NCBI GenBank assembly: GCA_963811425.1
Contig: CAWERV010000002.1
Coordinates: 1,825 to 65,824, forward strand
Length of the DNA stretch: 64,000 nt
Source: an uncultured Acidobacteriota bacterium
GTDB lineage: Bacteria; Acidobacteriota; Thermoanaerobaculia; UBA5066; Gp7-AA6
Direction: 5' to 3'
A model generated the notes under the pieces. That model saw only the letters and a list, made by a program, of their open reading frames with translations, had not been told where the DNA came from and did not search any database. Position 1 is the first letter of the stretch. Each line of letters opens with the position of its first letter. The position numbers were made by a program, and so were the translations under genes. Shown one piece after another: positions 31,532 to 41,020 of the stretch.

Positions 31532-32845
31532 ATGTCCGAAGATCCCTTGACCCCGGAAAGTCTTACGTCCGTTTCCGTCCAGACCGAAGCCCCCTCGGCC
31601 ACTGAGGGCGTGCCGTCCGGAGACGGACCCCGCTCGCACCGCCGCAGGCGACGCAGGCGCCGCCGCGGCGGCCGCGGAGGAGGACCCGCGTCGGGCGGTG
31701 GGGGCGGCTCCTTCGAGCGCGAGCAGGACCTCTCGGCGGCGGGGCCGGAGCGGGAGGTGGAGGGCGTTCTCTTCCTTCCGCCGAAGGAGAACGCTCCCGG
31801 CGTTCTGGTATCGGCCAAGGCCAACTATCTGCCCTCGCCGAAGGACCCCCTGGTTCCGCGGGACCTGGTCCATCGCGAGGGGCTCGAGGCCGGCGCGCTC
31901 GTCACGGGCTTCGCGGCCGACGGCAGCCGGCCGGTGTTGCGTCGCGTCGAGAAGGTCGAGGGGCTTGAGCCCGGAGCATTTCGCCAGCGGTCCATGTTCG
32001 GCGAGCTCGTCTCGATCGATCCGAATTCCCGTATGCAGCTCGAGACCGAGCCCGACGAGATGTGCGGCCGCGTCGTGGATCTACTCGCGCCGATCGGCCG
32101 CGGGCAACGCTGCCTCATCGTCGCACCGCCGAAGGCCGGGAAGACGACGCTCCTGAAGCGCATGGCCCACGCCGTCGAGGAGAACGACCCCGACGTTCAC
32201 GTCATCGTTCTCCTGATCGACGAGCGCCCCGAGGAGATCACCGACTTTCGACGCAGTGTGACTCGCGGCGAGGTGATCGCCTCCTCGGCGGACCTCTCGG
32301 CCGAGAACCACATCGCGGTTGCCGAGATCGTGGCCGAGCGCGCGCGGCGGCTCATCGAATGCGGCAAGCACGTCATCATCTTCCTCGACTCGATCACGCG
32401 CATGGCCCGCGCCTACAACCACATGCAGAAGGGCGGCGGCAAGATCATGTCGGGTGGCATCGACGCCCGCACGATGGAGAAGCCCCGCCGGTTCTTCGGC
32501 GCGGCCCGCAACGCCGAGGGGGGCGGGTCGCTGACCATCGTCGCGACCGCGCTCGTGGATACGGGCTCGCGCATGGACGAGATCATCTTCCAAGAGTTCA
32601 AGGGCACCGGCAACACGGAGCTCGTGCTCGACCGGGACCTCTTCAACCGTCGCATCTTCCCGTGCATCAACATCCCGCAATCGGGTACGCGCAAGGAAGA
32701 GAAGCTCTACGGCCCCGAGGAGCTCCCGAAAATCGTCAAGCTGCGCCGAGCGCTCGCCGCCGTGGACAAGATCCAGGCGATGGAGCTCGTCCTCGGGCGC
32801 CTCTCGAAATTCAAGACGAACGCGGACTTCCTGAAGTCTTTCTAG
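31532..32845 (+). CDS. rho: transcription termination factor Rho (atypical Arg/Gly-rich N-terminus)
   Basis: 437-aa track ORF. Walker A (IVAPPKAGKTTLL), LLIDERPEE, DSITRMARAYN, FFGAARNAEGGGSLTIVATALVDTGSRMDEIIFQEFKGTGN and FPCINIPQSGTRKEE all align by eye to E. coli Rho. Confidence 0.95.
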   Translation: MSEDPLTPESLTSVSVQTEAPSATEGVPSGDGPRSHRRRRRRRRRGGRGGGPASGGGGGSFEREQDLSAAGPEREVEGVLFLPPKENAPGVLVSAKANYLPSPKDPLVPRDLVHREGLEAGALVTGFAADGSRPVLRRVEKVEGLEPGAFRQRSMFGELVSIDPNSRMQLETEPDEMCGRVVDLLAPIGRGQRCLIVAPPKAGKTTLLKRMAHAVEENDPDVHVIVLLIDERPEEITDFRRSVTRGEVIASSADLSAENHIAVAEIVAERARRLIECGKHVIIFLDSITRMARAYNHMQKGGGKIMSGGIDARTMEKPRRFFGAARNAEGGGSLTIVATALVDTGSRMDEIIFQEFKGTGNTELVLDRDLFNRRIFPCINIPQSGTRKEEKLYGPEELPKIVKLRRALAAVDKIQAMELVLGRLSKFKTNADFLKSF

Positions 32846-32851
32846 CCGGAT

Positions 32852-32902
32852 CGCATCGCGAATAGTCTCCCGACCGAAGGGAGGGAGGAGGTTCGCGATG
32901 CG
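32852..32902. terminator. 11-bp perfect inverted repeat with nested hairpin between convergent rho and helicase genes
   Basis: CGCATCGCGAA at 32852-32862 pairs with TTCGCGATGCG at 32892-32902. The loop holds an inner TCTCCC...GGGAG stem. There is no clear U-tract, so terminator function is tentative. Confidence 0.4.
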
Positions 32903-33009
32903 GGAGCCGCAGCGCCGCGGGGGATCAGGCTTGCGGTCGAGCCCGCACCCGGGCGAGCCGCAAGCCGGTGCGCCGTGAGGCGCAGATCCCTCGCAAGCGA
33001 AGGCGACGG

Positions 33010-34323
33010 CTAGCGCCTCCGGCTCTTCCTCTTCGTCCTTCCGAAGCTCTCGCCTTCGGTGAGCGGCCCGGGCTTGGGCGCGTCCCGGCGCGGCTCGGGC
33101 CGCGAGCGAAAGCCGGCGTGGGGCCGGGGCGCCTGGGAGACGCGGCCGTGGCGGAAGAGCTCCTCGGGCGGCCACTTCACGGGGATCTTGCGGCCGATCC
33201 GCTCCTCGATCGCATCGAGCGAGAAGACGTAGTCGTCGCAGGCAAACGAGACGGCCGTTCCCTCGGCCCCGGCCCGGCCGGTGCGTCCGATGCGGTGTAC
33301 GTAGTCCTCGGAGTCCTGGGGCAGGTCGTAGTTGATGACGTGCGACACGCCCTCGATGTGAAGTCCGCGCGAAGCGACGTCCGTCGCGACCAGGACCGCG
33401 AGCTTGCCGTCCTTGAAGTCCTGCAGCATCTTGAGACGGCGGTCCTGCGGGACGTTGCCCGCCAGGGCCCGGGTGGGATATCCGTTGGCCGAGAGGCCGC
33501 GCACCAGATCGGCTGCGGTCGTGCGGCGATTGACGAAGATGAGGACACGACTGCCGCCTTCCTTCTCGAGGAGCCCGAGCAGCAGCCGGAACTTCTCGCT
33601 CGAGGAGACGTGGTACAGAACCTCCGTGATCCCGTGGGCGCCCACGCGGTCCGGTTCGATGTCGATCTTTTCGGCGTTGTTCATGTGCTCGTAGGCGAGC
33701 TCCATGACGCGCACCGAGAGTGTCGCCGAGAAGAGAAGCGTCTGGCGGCGGTGGTAGGGCGGGCAACGACGCATGATCCGCCGCAGGTCCCGGATGAAGC
33801 CCATGTCGAACATGCGGTCCGCCTCGTCGATGACGAGGATCTCGACGCTGCGGAAATTGACCGCGCCCTGCTGCTCGTAGTCGAGCAGACGGCCGGGGGT
33901 GCCGATCAGCAGATCCGGCACGCGCTTGACGGCGTCCCGCTGCAGGCGGTAATCGATTCCGCCGAAGACCGCGAGCGAGGTCAGGCCGGTGTGGCGCCCG
34001 AGGACCTCGGCGTCCTCGCGAATCTGGGCGACGAGCTCGCGGGTGGGCGCAACGACCAGGACGCGGGGGCCGGCGGGCGGTTTGGCCGGGGGTTTGCCGA
34101 GCAGGCGTGTGAAGCAGGTGATCAGGAAGGCCGCCGTCTTTCCCGTGCCGGTCTGCGCCTGGCCGGCGACGTCGCGGCCGGCCAGGGTGATCGGGAGCGT
34201 TTTCGCCTGGATCGGTGTGGCGAAAACGAAACCGGCGTCGGCAATCCCCCAGCGGACCTCGTCGGGGAGGGGGTAGTCCGCCAGGAGTGTCTCGGTCAGG
34301 TGTTTCTCGGAGGGGACGGTCAT
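33010..34323 (-). CDS. DEAD-box ATP-dependent RNA helicase (RhlE-like)
   Basis: 437-aa track ORF. Q-motif region (FATPIQAKTLP), AQTGTGKTAAF, DEADRMFDMGF, SAT, HRIGRTGRAG, and a basic C-terminal tail. Confidence 0.93.
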   Translation of the reverse strand: MTVPSEKHLTETLLADYPLPDEVRWGIADAGFVFATPIQAKTLPITLAGRDVAGQAQTGTGKTAAFLITCFTRLLGKPPAKPPAGPRVLVVAPTRELVAQIREDAEVLGRHTGLTSLAVFGGIDYRLQRDAVKRVPDLLIGTPGRLLDYEQQGAVNFRSVEILVIDEADRMFDMGFIRDLRRIMRRCPPYHRRQTLLFSATLSVRVMELAYEHMNNAEKIDIEPDRVGAHGITEVLYHVSSSEKFRLLLGLLEKEGGSRVLIFVNRRTTAADLVRGLSANGYPTRALAGNVPQDRRLKMLQDFKDGKLAVLVATDVASRGLHIEGVSHVINYDLPQDSEDYVHRIGRTGRAGAEGTAVSFACDDYVFSLDAIEERIGRKIPVKWPPEELFRHGRVSQAPRPHAGFRSRPEPRRDAPKPGPLTEGESFGRTKRKSRRR

Positions 34324-34374
34324 GGAGACGGGGGATAGTACCGCAGGCCCAATTCTCGAATTTGGAACCCAGCG

Positions 34375-34908
34375 TCAGCGGATGCGTCGGCCCCAATCCG
34401 CCATGAGGGGTTTGTCGGTGGCTTCGGAGAGGGCCAGGGCGATCATCCGTTTCTCTTTCGGCCCCGCGGCCCCCGCGATGGGATAGAGGCGGCCCCGCGC
34501 CCGCGCGGCAAGGCGCTTGACTGCCCAGGTCCACCAGGGCGGCAGTGGCAGGTAAGTCTCGCGCCAGCACTCGAGCTCGTCGGTCGGGATCCGGTCGGTC
34601 CGCGTTCTTTCGAAGGCGGTGGAGCGTATCGTGACGGCGTCGCTGGCGACGTCGATCTGCTCCTCGGCGAACGCGAGCGCCGCGAGGCCGATCAGCGCCA
34701 GTGGCGCGGAGACCAGAACGGCGAGCGACAGGAACAGGAGAACCGGCAGCGGCAGGTCCCCGAAGTCCCCGTGCCGAAGGCCGGCATCCCATGCCTGGCC
34801 GAGGCGGAACGCTCCGAGCAGGGCGGCGGATGCGACCGCCGCGCCGACAGCCGCCAGCCGGAATCGCCAGGCGCGGCTTCCGACCAGCGGTTCGATGGCC
34901 ACGGTCAT
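34375..34908 (-). CDS. hypothetical membrane protein (two TM helices)
   Basis: Track ORF 34375..35055, trimmed to ATG 34908 (MTVAIEPLVG...). Hydrophobic segments LAAVGAAVASAALLGAF and LPVLLFLSLAVLVSAPLALIGLAALAF. I recognised no family. An alternative GTG start is at 34935. Confidence 0.5.
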   Translation of the reverse strand: MTVAIEPLVGSRAWRFRLAAVGAAVASAALLGAFRLGQAWDAGLRHGDFGDLPLPVLLFLSLAVLVSAPLALIGLAALAFAEEQIDVASDAVTIRSTAFERTRTDRIPTDELECWRETYLPLPPWWTWAVKRLAARARGRLYPIAGAAGPKEKRMIALALSEATDKPLMADWGRRIR

Positions 34909-35018
34909 CCCGGACGGGCTCCACGCGATCGTCACCCGCGGGGCTTGATCTTTCCGCAACGGCCCGATTGTATGATCCGGCCCTCCCGGCGGACGTCGGG
35001 CGACAGGAGGAGTGGATC

Positions 35019-35402
35019 GTGGCCAAGAAGAAGGGAAAGGCACCGAAGAAGGCAAAGAAGAGGGCTGGAAAGGCCGTCGGGAAGGCTACGAAGAAGGCGA
35101 AGAAAGCGGTCAAGAAGCCGGCGAAAAAGCCGGTGAAAAAGGCGGCAAAGAAGGCGCCCCCACGGGCCTCGAACGCGACAGCGGCCCGGCGGCCCAGGAA
35201 GGGCTTGCCGCGGCCGGCGGTTGCCGCGGACACGAGGAGCGGGGGCTCGCCGGCGGGAGAGGCCTACGGCGAGGAAGGCTGGCGGGAAGAGGAGCTATCG
35301 GCAGCCGAACTGGACGCGGACGTCCCGGAGCTCGACGAGCTCGAGGCCGACCTCGATTCACCGGAGGCGATCGGAGATGGCGAGGACGAGGCCCAGTGGT
35401 AG
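35019..35402 (+). CDS. histone H1-like Lys/Ala-rich protein with acidic C-terminal tail
   Basis: 3' part of track ORF 34701..35402, starting at GTG 35019 (AGGAGGAG 6 nt upstream). Basic region AKKKGKAPKKAKKRAGKAVGKATKKAKKAVKKPAKKPVKKAAKKAPP, then acidic ...EELSAAELDADVPELDELEADLDSPEAIGDGEDEAQW. Confidence 0.7.
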   Translation: MAKKKGKAPKKAKKRAGKAVGKATKKAKKAVKKPAKKPVKKAAKKAPPRASNATAARRPRKGLPRPAVAADTRSGGSPAGEAYGEEGWREEELSAAELDADVPELDELEADLDSPEAIGDGEDEAQW

Positions 35403-35460
35403 TAGGATGGGGTCAGACGAGATTCCATTGCCGGGCTTTTGCTCGGCTCGCACGGATGAA

Positions 35461-35480
35461 GGTCCCGAGAAATCGGGACC
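35461..35480. terminator. GNRA-tetraloop hairpin between convergent genes (candidate terminator)
   Basis: GGTCCCGA-GAAA-TCGGGACC, a perfect 8-bp stem, followed by TTCGCATTTCGG (weak T-run). It lies between the H1-like gene (+) and the thioesterase gene (-). Confidence 0.5.
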
Positions 35481-35502
35481 TTCGCATTTCGGGGACATCG
35501 GT

Positions 35503-35883
35503 TCACGACCTCTTCTGGATCGGAACCGGCCTTCTGTTCTTGTCGAGGTTCACGTAGGTCACCTCGGCTTGCGTCACCTTCACGCGATTGCCGATTCCCT
35601 CGCCCGGCTGAGAGAAGACCTCGACCGAGATCGTGATCGATGTCCGGCCGATTTTCACGAGGCTCGTGTAGAAGGAAACGAGATCGCCGACGTACACGGG
35701 CTCGTGGAACACGACTTCGCGCATCGCGACCGTCACGAGAAACTCGGCGCCGTGGCGCTTCGCCTCGACGGCGCCGGCCTGGTCGATGTAGGAAAGGATC
35801 ACGCCGCCGAAGATCGTGCCGTGTGCATTGGTGTCCTTCGGCATCATGATGACGCGGATGGAGGGCTCCCGCGTTTCGCTCAC
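35503..35883 (-). CDS. acyl-CoA thioesterase (hotdog fold, YciA-like)
   Basis: Track ORF 35503..36471, with start at GTG 35883, overlapping the upstream stop (CTGGTGA). MMPKDTNAHGTIFGGVILSYIDQAG...VVFHEPVYVGDLV. Confidence 0.85.
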   Translation of the reverse strand: MSETREPSIRVIMMPKDTNAHGTIFGGVILSYIDQAGAVEAKRHGAEFLVTVAMREVVFHEPVYVGDLVSFYTSLVKIGRTSITISVEVFSQPGEGIGNRVKVTQAEVTYVNLDKNRRPVPIQKRS

Positions 35884-36275
35884 CAGCCGCCGCCCTTCTT
35901 GGGGATGCGCGGCGGGCCGTAGACCGTTCCGATCCGCAGCACGACGCCATCGGTGAGGTTGACCGTCATGGTGCCGTCGTGAAAGTAGTAGGTCCAGATC
36001 TCGTGCTTCGAGTCCCTGCCTTCGGTGCCGACGGCGAAACTGGGTCTGCCGATCGCCGCCTGCACCTTCTCCGCCGGGAGGCCGGGATCGATCTTCTTGC
36101 GGGCGTCGGTCATGCTGCCCGCGGCGAGCTGCGACCCGACTCCCGCGATGGCGCGCGCCTCGCGCAGCTCCCTGCCCTCCCACCAGCCGGGGAGCCACAG
36201 GGCCGCCGCGAGCAGCAAGGGCACGAGCACGACCGCGGCGTAGAGCAGCCGGCGCGTGCGGTTCGCGGCGTCCAT
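35880..36275 (-). CDS. small membrane-anchored hypothetical protein
   Basis: C-terminal part of track ORF 35880..37673, from ATG 36275 (MDAANRTRRLLYAAVVLVPLLLAAALWLPGWW...). It has a single N-terminal TM helix. The start overlaps the upstream stop (TGATG). Confidence 0.55.
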   Translation of the reverse strand: MDAANRTRRLLYAAVVLVPLLLAAALWLPGWWEGRELREARAIAGVGSQLAAGSMTDARKKIDPGLPAEKVQAAIGRPSFAVGTEGRDSKHEIWTYYFHDGTMTVNLTDGVVLRIGTVYGPPRIPKKGGGW

Positions 36276-36634
36276 CAACAGAGCAGGCTCGGGCGAGTGC
36301 CGAATTGGCGGCCGATCGAGCGCTCGAGCTCCCGGGCGTGCTCCAGCAGATCTCGGGTCCGGGCGCTTCGCGCGGGCGGCCGGTCGGCACAGGCTGCGAC
36401 GTCTCCGGCCGCTTCCCGGGCCGCCCAGACGTCGGTTTCGCGCGCCGGCGTGTCCCCGGCCGAGAGAGCACCGGCCACGTGGGCGGCGGCGGCGACCGCG
36501 GCCTTGCGCAGCCGCAGCGCGCCGTCCGGGTCGACGCCCCGGACCTCCTCCGCGACGGCGTAGGCCTCTCGCGCCAGGGCCATCGCCTCCTGCCACAGCG
36601 GATGCTGCTTGTAGCCGGGGCGTTCGGCGCTCAC
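36275..36634 (-). CDS. four-helix-bundle protein-like (TIGR02436-like, diverged)
   Basis: C-terminal part of track ORF 36275..37480, from GTG 36634 (VSAERPGYKQHPLWQEAMALAREAYAVAEEV...LRLRKAAVAAAAHVAGAL...). The pattern parallels VWQKA..LA..IY...LRRAAVSIPSNIAEG. A TACAAT hexamer lies 6 nt upstream of the GTG. Confidence 0.45.
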   Translation of the reverse strand: MSAERPGYKQHPLWQEAMALAREAYAVAEEVRGVDPDGALRLRKAAVAAAAHVAGALSAGDTPARETDVWAAREAAGDVAACADRPPARSARTRDLLEHARELERSIGRQFGTRPSLLC

Positions 36635-36666
36635 GCGCGTATTGTAGCCCGGCCGAGAGCAGTGGC

Positions 36667-36694
36667 TTGCGAAGGCGACCGCGCGCGATAGAAT
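36667..36694 (+). promoter_or_regulatory. promoter candidate for mdh (TTGCGA-N16-TAGAAT), with only 10 nt between the -10 and the ATG
   Basis: TTGCGA at 36667-36672, a 16-nt spacer, and TAGAAT at 36689-36694. The mdh ATG is at 36705, which implies a very short or absent 5' UTR. Confidence 0.4.
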
Positions 36695-36704
36695 CCGCGC
36701 TCGC

Positions 36705-37628
36705 ATGAGACACAAGGTCACCGTCGTCGGCGCCGGAAACGTCGGCGCCACCGCCGCGCAGCGGATCGTCGAGAAGGAGCTCGCCGACGTCGCCCTCATC
36801 GACATCGTCGAGGGTGTGCCCCAGGGCAAGGCGCTCGACATCATGGAGTCCGCGCCGGTCGAGAAGTTCGACGCGAGGATGACCGGGTCCAACGGGTACG
36901 ACGTTACGGCCGGCTCCGACGTCGTCGTGATCACGGCGGGATTGCCGCGCAAGCCCGGGATGAGCCGCGACGACCTCGTTGCCACCAACGAGGGAATCGT
37001 CTCCGACGTCGTGCGCAAGGTCCTGCCGGGATCGCCGAACGCGATCCTGATCGTCGTGTCCAACCCGCTGGACGCGATGTGCGAGGTTGCCCGCCGGGTC
37101 TCGAAGCTGCCGCGCGAAAGGGTCTTCGGAATGGCCGGTGTGCTCGACTCGGCCCGCATGCGGTGGTTCATGGCCGAGGCCCTCGGCGTGTCGGTCGAGA
37201 ACACGCACGCGTTCGTGCTGGGCGGCCACGGCGACACGATGGTTCCCCTGCCGCGCTTCTCGACGGTCGCCGGGATCCCGCTGCCCGAGCTGCTGGCCGG
37301 CGACCAGATCGACGCGATCGTGAAGCGCACGCGCGACGGCGGCGCCGAGATCGTCAACCTGCTGAAGACCTCGGCCTGGTACGCGCCGTCCTCGGCCGTC
37401 GTGGAGATGGTGGATGCGGTCTTGCGGGACAAGAAAAAGGTTCTGCCGTGCGCCGCGTATCTGCAGGGCGAATACGGCATGCGGGACGTCTACCTGGGCG
37501 TGCCGGTCAAGCTCGGCCGGGGGGGGATGGAGCAGGTCATCGAGATCCGGCTCACGGGCGAGGAGGCCGCGGCGCTCGCGAAGTCGGCCGAGGCCGTTCG
37601 GGAGTTGTTCCGCATCCTGAAGGTTTGA
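36705..37628 (+). CDS. mdh: malate dehydrogenase (LDH-like MDH)
   Basis: 307-aa track [43 protein letters not shown]. Confidence 0.95.
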   Translation: MRHKVTVVGAGNVGATAAQRIVEKELADVALIDIVEGVPQGKALDIMESAPVEKFDARMTGSNGYDVTAGSDVVVITAGLPRKPGMSRDDLVATNEGIVSDVVRKVLPGSPNAILIVVSNPLDAMCEVARRVSKLPRERVFGMAGVLDSARMRWFMAEALGVSVENTHAFVLGGHGDTMVPLPRFSTVAGIPLPELLAGDQIDAIVKRTRDGGAEIVNLLKTSAWYAPSSAVVEMVDAVLRDKKKVLPCAAYLQGEYGMRDVYLGVPVKLGRGGMEQVIEIRLTGEEAAALAKSAEAVRELFRILKV

Positions 37629-37647
37629 GCTCCCTCCGGCACCCACG

Positions 37648-38805
37648 ATGAAAGTCCACGAGTACCAGGCCAAGTCGATCCTCGCGCGCTACGGCGTCGC
37701 GGTGCCCCGGGGCGAGGTCACCGACAATCCTGCTGAGGCGCGGGAGATCGCGCGCCGGCTCGGGGGACGGGCCGTCGTCAAGGCGCAGATCCACGCCGGA
37801 GGCCGCGGAAAAGGCGGAGGCGTCAAGCTCGCGGAGGACCCCGAGGAGGCGCACGATCTGGCCCGGAAGATCCTCGGCATGACGCTCGTCACGCCGCAGA
37901 CGGGGCCGGCCGGGCGCGTCGTGCAGAAGGTTCTCGTCGAGGAGGCTCTCGACATCGCCCGCGAGCTCTACCTGAGCGTCACGCTGGACCGCTCGCGTGG
38001 CGTGCCGGTCATGATGGCCTCCCGGTCCGGGGGCATGGAGATCGAGGAGGTCGCCGCCAGGGATGCCGGTGCCATCGTCCGCGAAGCGATCGATCCCTCC
38101 TGCGGGATGTTCCCTTTTCAAGCCCGCAAGCTCGCCTTCATGCTCGGGCTCTCGGGAGACAGCGTGCGCAAAGGGACGGCGCTCATGCAGGCCCTCTTCC
38201 GAGCCTACGTCGAGACCGACGCGAGCCTGGCGGAGATCAACCCGCTGCTCGTGACGAAACAGGGCGACGTCCTCGCGCTCGACGCGAAGATGACGTTCGA
38301 CGACAACGCCCTGTTTCGCCACCCCGACATCAAGGAGATGCGCGACCTGGCCGAGGAGGACCCGCTCGAGGTCGAGGCCTCGCGCTTCGGGCTGAACTAC
38401 ATCAAGCTCGACGGCAACGTCGGGTGCATGGTCAACGGCGCCGGGCTCGCGATGGGCACGATGGACCTCGTGAAGCTCGCCGGCGGGGAGCCCGCGAACT
38501 TTCTCGACGTGGGTGGCGGCGCCAACGAGGAGCAGGTCAAGAACGCCTTCCGCATCATCCTGTCGGACAAAAACGTCCGCGGTGTGCTGATCAACATCTT
38601 CGGCGGCATCATGCGCTGCGACATCATCGCCAAGGGCGTGGTCGCGGCGGTGCGCGAGATGGGCCTCTCGATCCCGGTGGTCGTGCGGCTCGAGGGGACC
38701 AACGTCGATCAGGGCAAGGCGATCCTCCGCGAGTCGGGCCTGAAGATCACGCCGGCCGACGGCCTTGCGGACGCGGCGCAGAAGATCGTCGAGGCCGTGC
38801 GATGA
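37648..38805 (+). CDS. sucC: succinate--CoA ligase (ADP-forming) beta subunit
   Basis: 385-aa track [23 protein letters not shown]-grasp region, [10 protein letters not shown]. Confidence 0.96.
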   Translation: MKVHEYQAKSILARYGVAVPRGEVTDNPAEAREIARRLGGRAVVKAQIHAGGRGKGGGVKLAEDPEEAHDLARKILGMTLVTPQTGPAGRVVQKVLVEEALDIARELYLSVTLDRSRGVPVMMASRSGGMEIEEVAARDAGAIVREAIDPSCGMFPFQARKLAFMLGLSGDSVRKGTALMQALFRAYVETDASLAEINPLLVTKQGDVLALDAKMTFDDNALFRHPDIKEMRDLAEEDPLEVEASRFGLNYIKLDGNVGCMVNGAGLAMGTMDLVKLAGGEPANFLDVGGGANEEQVKNAFRIILSDKNVRGVLINIFGGIMRCDIIAKGVVAAVREMGLSIPVVVRLEGTNVDQGKAILRESGLKITPADGLADAAQKIVEAVR

Positions 38806-39689
38806 GCATCTGGGTCGGGCGCCAGACCCGCCTCGCGGTCCAGGGTCTGACCGGGCGCGAGGGCTCGTTCCACGCGCTTGCATGCCGCGAGTACGGAACG
38901 CAAGTCGTCGCGGGCGTCACTCCGGGAAAGGGGCGGACGACGCACGAAGGAATTCCCGTCTTCGATACCGTCGCCGACGCCGTGCGCGAGACGGGCGCGA
39001 ACGCCTCCATGATCTTCGTTCCGCCTCCGTTTGCCGCCGACGCGATCGTCGAGGCGGCCGATGCGGGTGTGGCCGTCATCGCCTGCATCACCGAGGGCAT
39101 TCCGACCAACGACATGCTCCGCGTCCGCGTCTTCCTCGACCGGCAGGCGGCCGCCGGGAAGCCCGTGCGCCTGATCGGGCCGAACTGCCCGGGAATCATC
39201 ACCCCCGGCGAGTGCAAGATCGGCATCATGCCGGGCCGCATCCATCGGCCCGGCTCGGTCGGCGTCATCTCGCGTTCCGGGACACTCACCTACGAGGCGG
39301 TCGACCAGCTCACCCGCCTCGGCCTCGGGCAATCGACCGTCATCGGCATCGGCGGCGATCCGGTCAACGGGACGAACTTCATCGACTGCCTGAAGGCGTT
39401 CCAGGACGATGCCGCAACCAAGGCGATCATCCTGATCGGCGAGATCGGCGGCATGGCCGAGGAGGAAGCCGCGTGTTGGGTCGCGGGCAACCTCCGCAAG
39501 CCGGTCGTGTCGTTCATCGCGGGACAGACGGCGCCTCCCGGCCGCCGCATGGGGCACGCGGGGGCGATCATCGCGGGAGGCCGGGGCACGGCGGCCGAGA
39601 AAATGAAGGCCCTCGAAGCGGCCGGAATCGCCGTCGTCCGCTCGCCGGCGGACATCGGCAGGAAGATCCAGGACGTGCTCGGGCGCTGA
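38802..39689 (+). CDS. sucD: succinate--CoA ligase alpha subunit
   Basis: ATG 38802 overlaps the sucC stop (ATGA). [40 protein letters not shown] (phosphohistidine loop). Confidence 0.96.
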   Translation: MSIWVGRQTRLAVQGLTGREGSFHALACREYGTQVVAGVTPGKGRTTHEGIPVFDTVADAVRETGANASMIFVPPPFAADAIVEAADAGVAVIACITEGIPTNDMLRVRVFLDRQAAAGKPVRLIGPNCPGIITPGECKIGIMPGRIHRPGSVGVISRSGTLTYEAVDQLTRLGLGQSTVIGIGGDPVNGTNFIDCLKAFQDDAATKAIILIGEIGGMAEEEAACWVAGNLRKPVVSFIAGQTAPPGRRMGHAGAIIAGGRGTAAEKMKALEAAGIAVVRSPADIGRKIQDVLGR

Positions 39690-39717
39690 GGCGTCTCCGG
39701 CGCGAGAAGGAGAAAGC

Positions 39718-40131
39718 TTGGAACGCACTCTGACAATTCTGAAGCCGGACTCGGTGGCCGCCGGGAAGTCGGGAGCAATCCTCGCGCACCTCGAGAAGGA
39801 AGGGTTCCGACTGCTCGGGTTGAGGAAGGTCCGCCTGTCGCCCGAGCAGGCGCGGGCGTTCTACGCCGTGCACCGGGAGCGCTCGTTCTACGGCGCCCTC
39901 GTCACGTTCATGACCGAGGGGCCGGTGATCGTCGCCGTGCTCGAGCGCGCGGACGCGGTGCCGCATCTTCGCCGGACGATGGGCGCGACCGACTCTCGCA
40001 AGGCCGAGCCGGGCACCGTCCGGAATCTCTTCGGCACCGACATCGAACGCAACGCCATCCACGGGAGCGATTCCGCCGAGAACGCTGCGAAGGAGATCGC
40101 TTTCTTCTTCAGCGAAAACGAACTGATTTGA
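39718..40131 (+). CDS. ndk: nucleoside-diphosphate kinase
   Basis: 137-aa track ORF with a TTG start and AAGGAG 5 nt upstream. ERTLTILKPD, NAIHGSDS (active-site His). Confidence 0.95.
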   Translation: MERTLTILKPDSVAAGKSGAILAHLEKEGFRLLGLRKVRLSPEQARAFYAVHRERSFYGALVTFMTEGPVIVAVLERADAVPHLRRTMGATDSRKAEPGTVRNLFGTDIERNAIHGSDSAENAAKEIAFFFSENELI

Positions 40132-40154
40132 CGCGCGCGACGCGGCGCGTCAAA
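40127..40154 (+). terminator. 10-bp perfect hairpin overlapping the ndk stop codon
   Basis: TTTGACGCGC-(8 nt)-GCGCGTCAAA. There is no U-tract; REP-like copy R2 follows directly. Confidence 0.4.
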
Positions 40155-40221
40155 TCATCCCGAGCGTAAGCGAGGGATCCCTTTCGAGCCCGAACTTCCC
40201 TGGCCCGAGCTTTCGGGACGA
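40155..40221. repeat. REP/MITE-like element, degenerate copy R2
   Basis: TCATCCCGAGCGTAAGCGAGGGATCCCTTTCGAGCCCG...CCCGAGCTTTCGGGACGA. It shares the TCATCCCGAG and GCGAGGGATCC blocks with R1, R3 and R4, but its right terminus is decayed. Confidence 0.55.
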
Positions 40222-40225
40222 ACCC

Positions 40226-40948
40226 TCAGGAATCCAGCCGTCTCAGGCTCACCAGCACGCGATTCGCCACGCCCCGCAATATCGCCACCTCGCGCAGCGA
40301 CAGCGGCCGCCCGGCAACGATCCGCCTCCAGTCGCGCAGCGACCGGCCCCGGTGCCCCGTGTCGTAGAACCCGATCGCCTCCAGGGCGCGGTCCCAGTGA
40401 CCGATGGCGGCCTCGATCTCGGATGCGGCAGCCCAGGGCTCCGGCGGCGCGGGAGATTCGGCCGCGGGCGCCAGGGCGGTTGCCACGCCGAGCACGAGGG
40501 CGACGGCGTGCGAAAGATTCATCGTGGGGAATCGCGGATCGGTCGGCAGACGCAGGCACGCGGAAGCGCGCGCGAGCTCGTCCTCGGTCAGGCCGCTTCT
40601 CTCTGGGCCGAAGACGAAGGCGGTCGGGACCGGCCCGGTCTCGGAAAGAAACGCCGGCAGCTCGGCGAGGCCGAGGTTGCGGGTGCTGGCGCGGCCCCGG
40701 AGCGAAGAGGTCGTGACGACCACCGGGAAGTCGGCGACGGCACGGCTGAGATCGGCGTAGCGCGTGATGGCGTCGAGTACGTCGTCGGCGCCCACCGAGA
40801 GGCGGATCGAATCCGGGTCCGGCAGCACGGCGGGCTCGACGACCGAGATCTCCCTCAGGCCGAAGTTCTTGGCGACCCGGGCGACGGAGCCGAGATTGGA
40901 GGCGTTGTGCGGCCGAACGAGAACGATCGAACGGGTGGGCGTAGCCAA
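40226..40948 (-). CDS. SpoU/TrmH-superfamily RNA 2'-O-methyltransferase (TrmJ/LasT-like)
   Basis: 240-aa track ORF with a TTG start. IVLVRPHNASNLGSVARVAKNFG, FVFGPERSGLTEDEL, PTMNLSHAVALV. Confidence 0.85.
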   Translation of the reverse strand: MATPTRSIVLVRPHNASNLGSVARVAKNFGLREISVVEPAVLPDPDSIRLSVGADDVLDAITRYADLSRAVADFPVVVTTSSLRGRASTRNLGLAELPAFLSETGPVPTAFVFGPERSGLTEDELARASACLRLPTDPRFPTMNLSHAVALVLGVATALAPAAESPAPPEPWAAASEIEAAIGHWDRALEAIGFYDTGHRGRSLRDWRRIVAGRPLSLREVAILRGVANRVLVSLRRLDS

Positions 40949-41020
40949 GGGAGGACAGTGTAACCGGCCGGTGTGGCCCCGCAGCCTCTAGGGAGAACTC
41001 CCGGGGGCTCGCGAAGGCCT

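Noticed and set aside
32081-35233. 1,050-aa minus-strand ORF spanning rho, the helicase and neighbouring genes
   Set aside because: It is a low-complexity Arg/Pro/Gly-rich reading that runs across several well-supported genes in other frames or on the other strand.
35012-35557. Alternative +1 frame ORF (MDRGQEEGKGTEEGKEEG…) overlapping the H1-like gene
   Set aside because: It is a frame-shifted reading of the same AAG/GCG-rich repeat. It lacks an RBS, whereas the GTG 35019 frame has AGGAGGAG correctly spaced.
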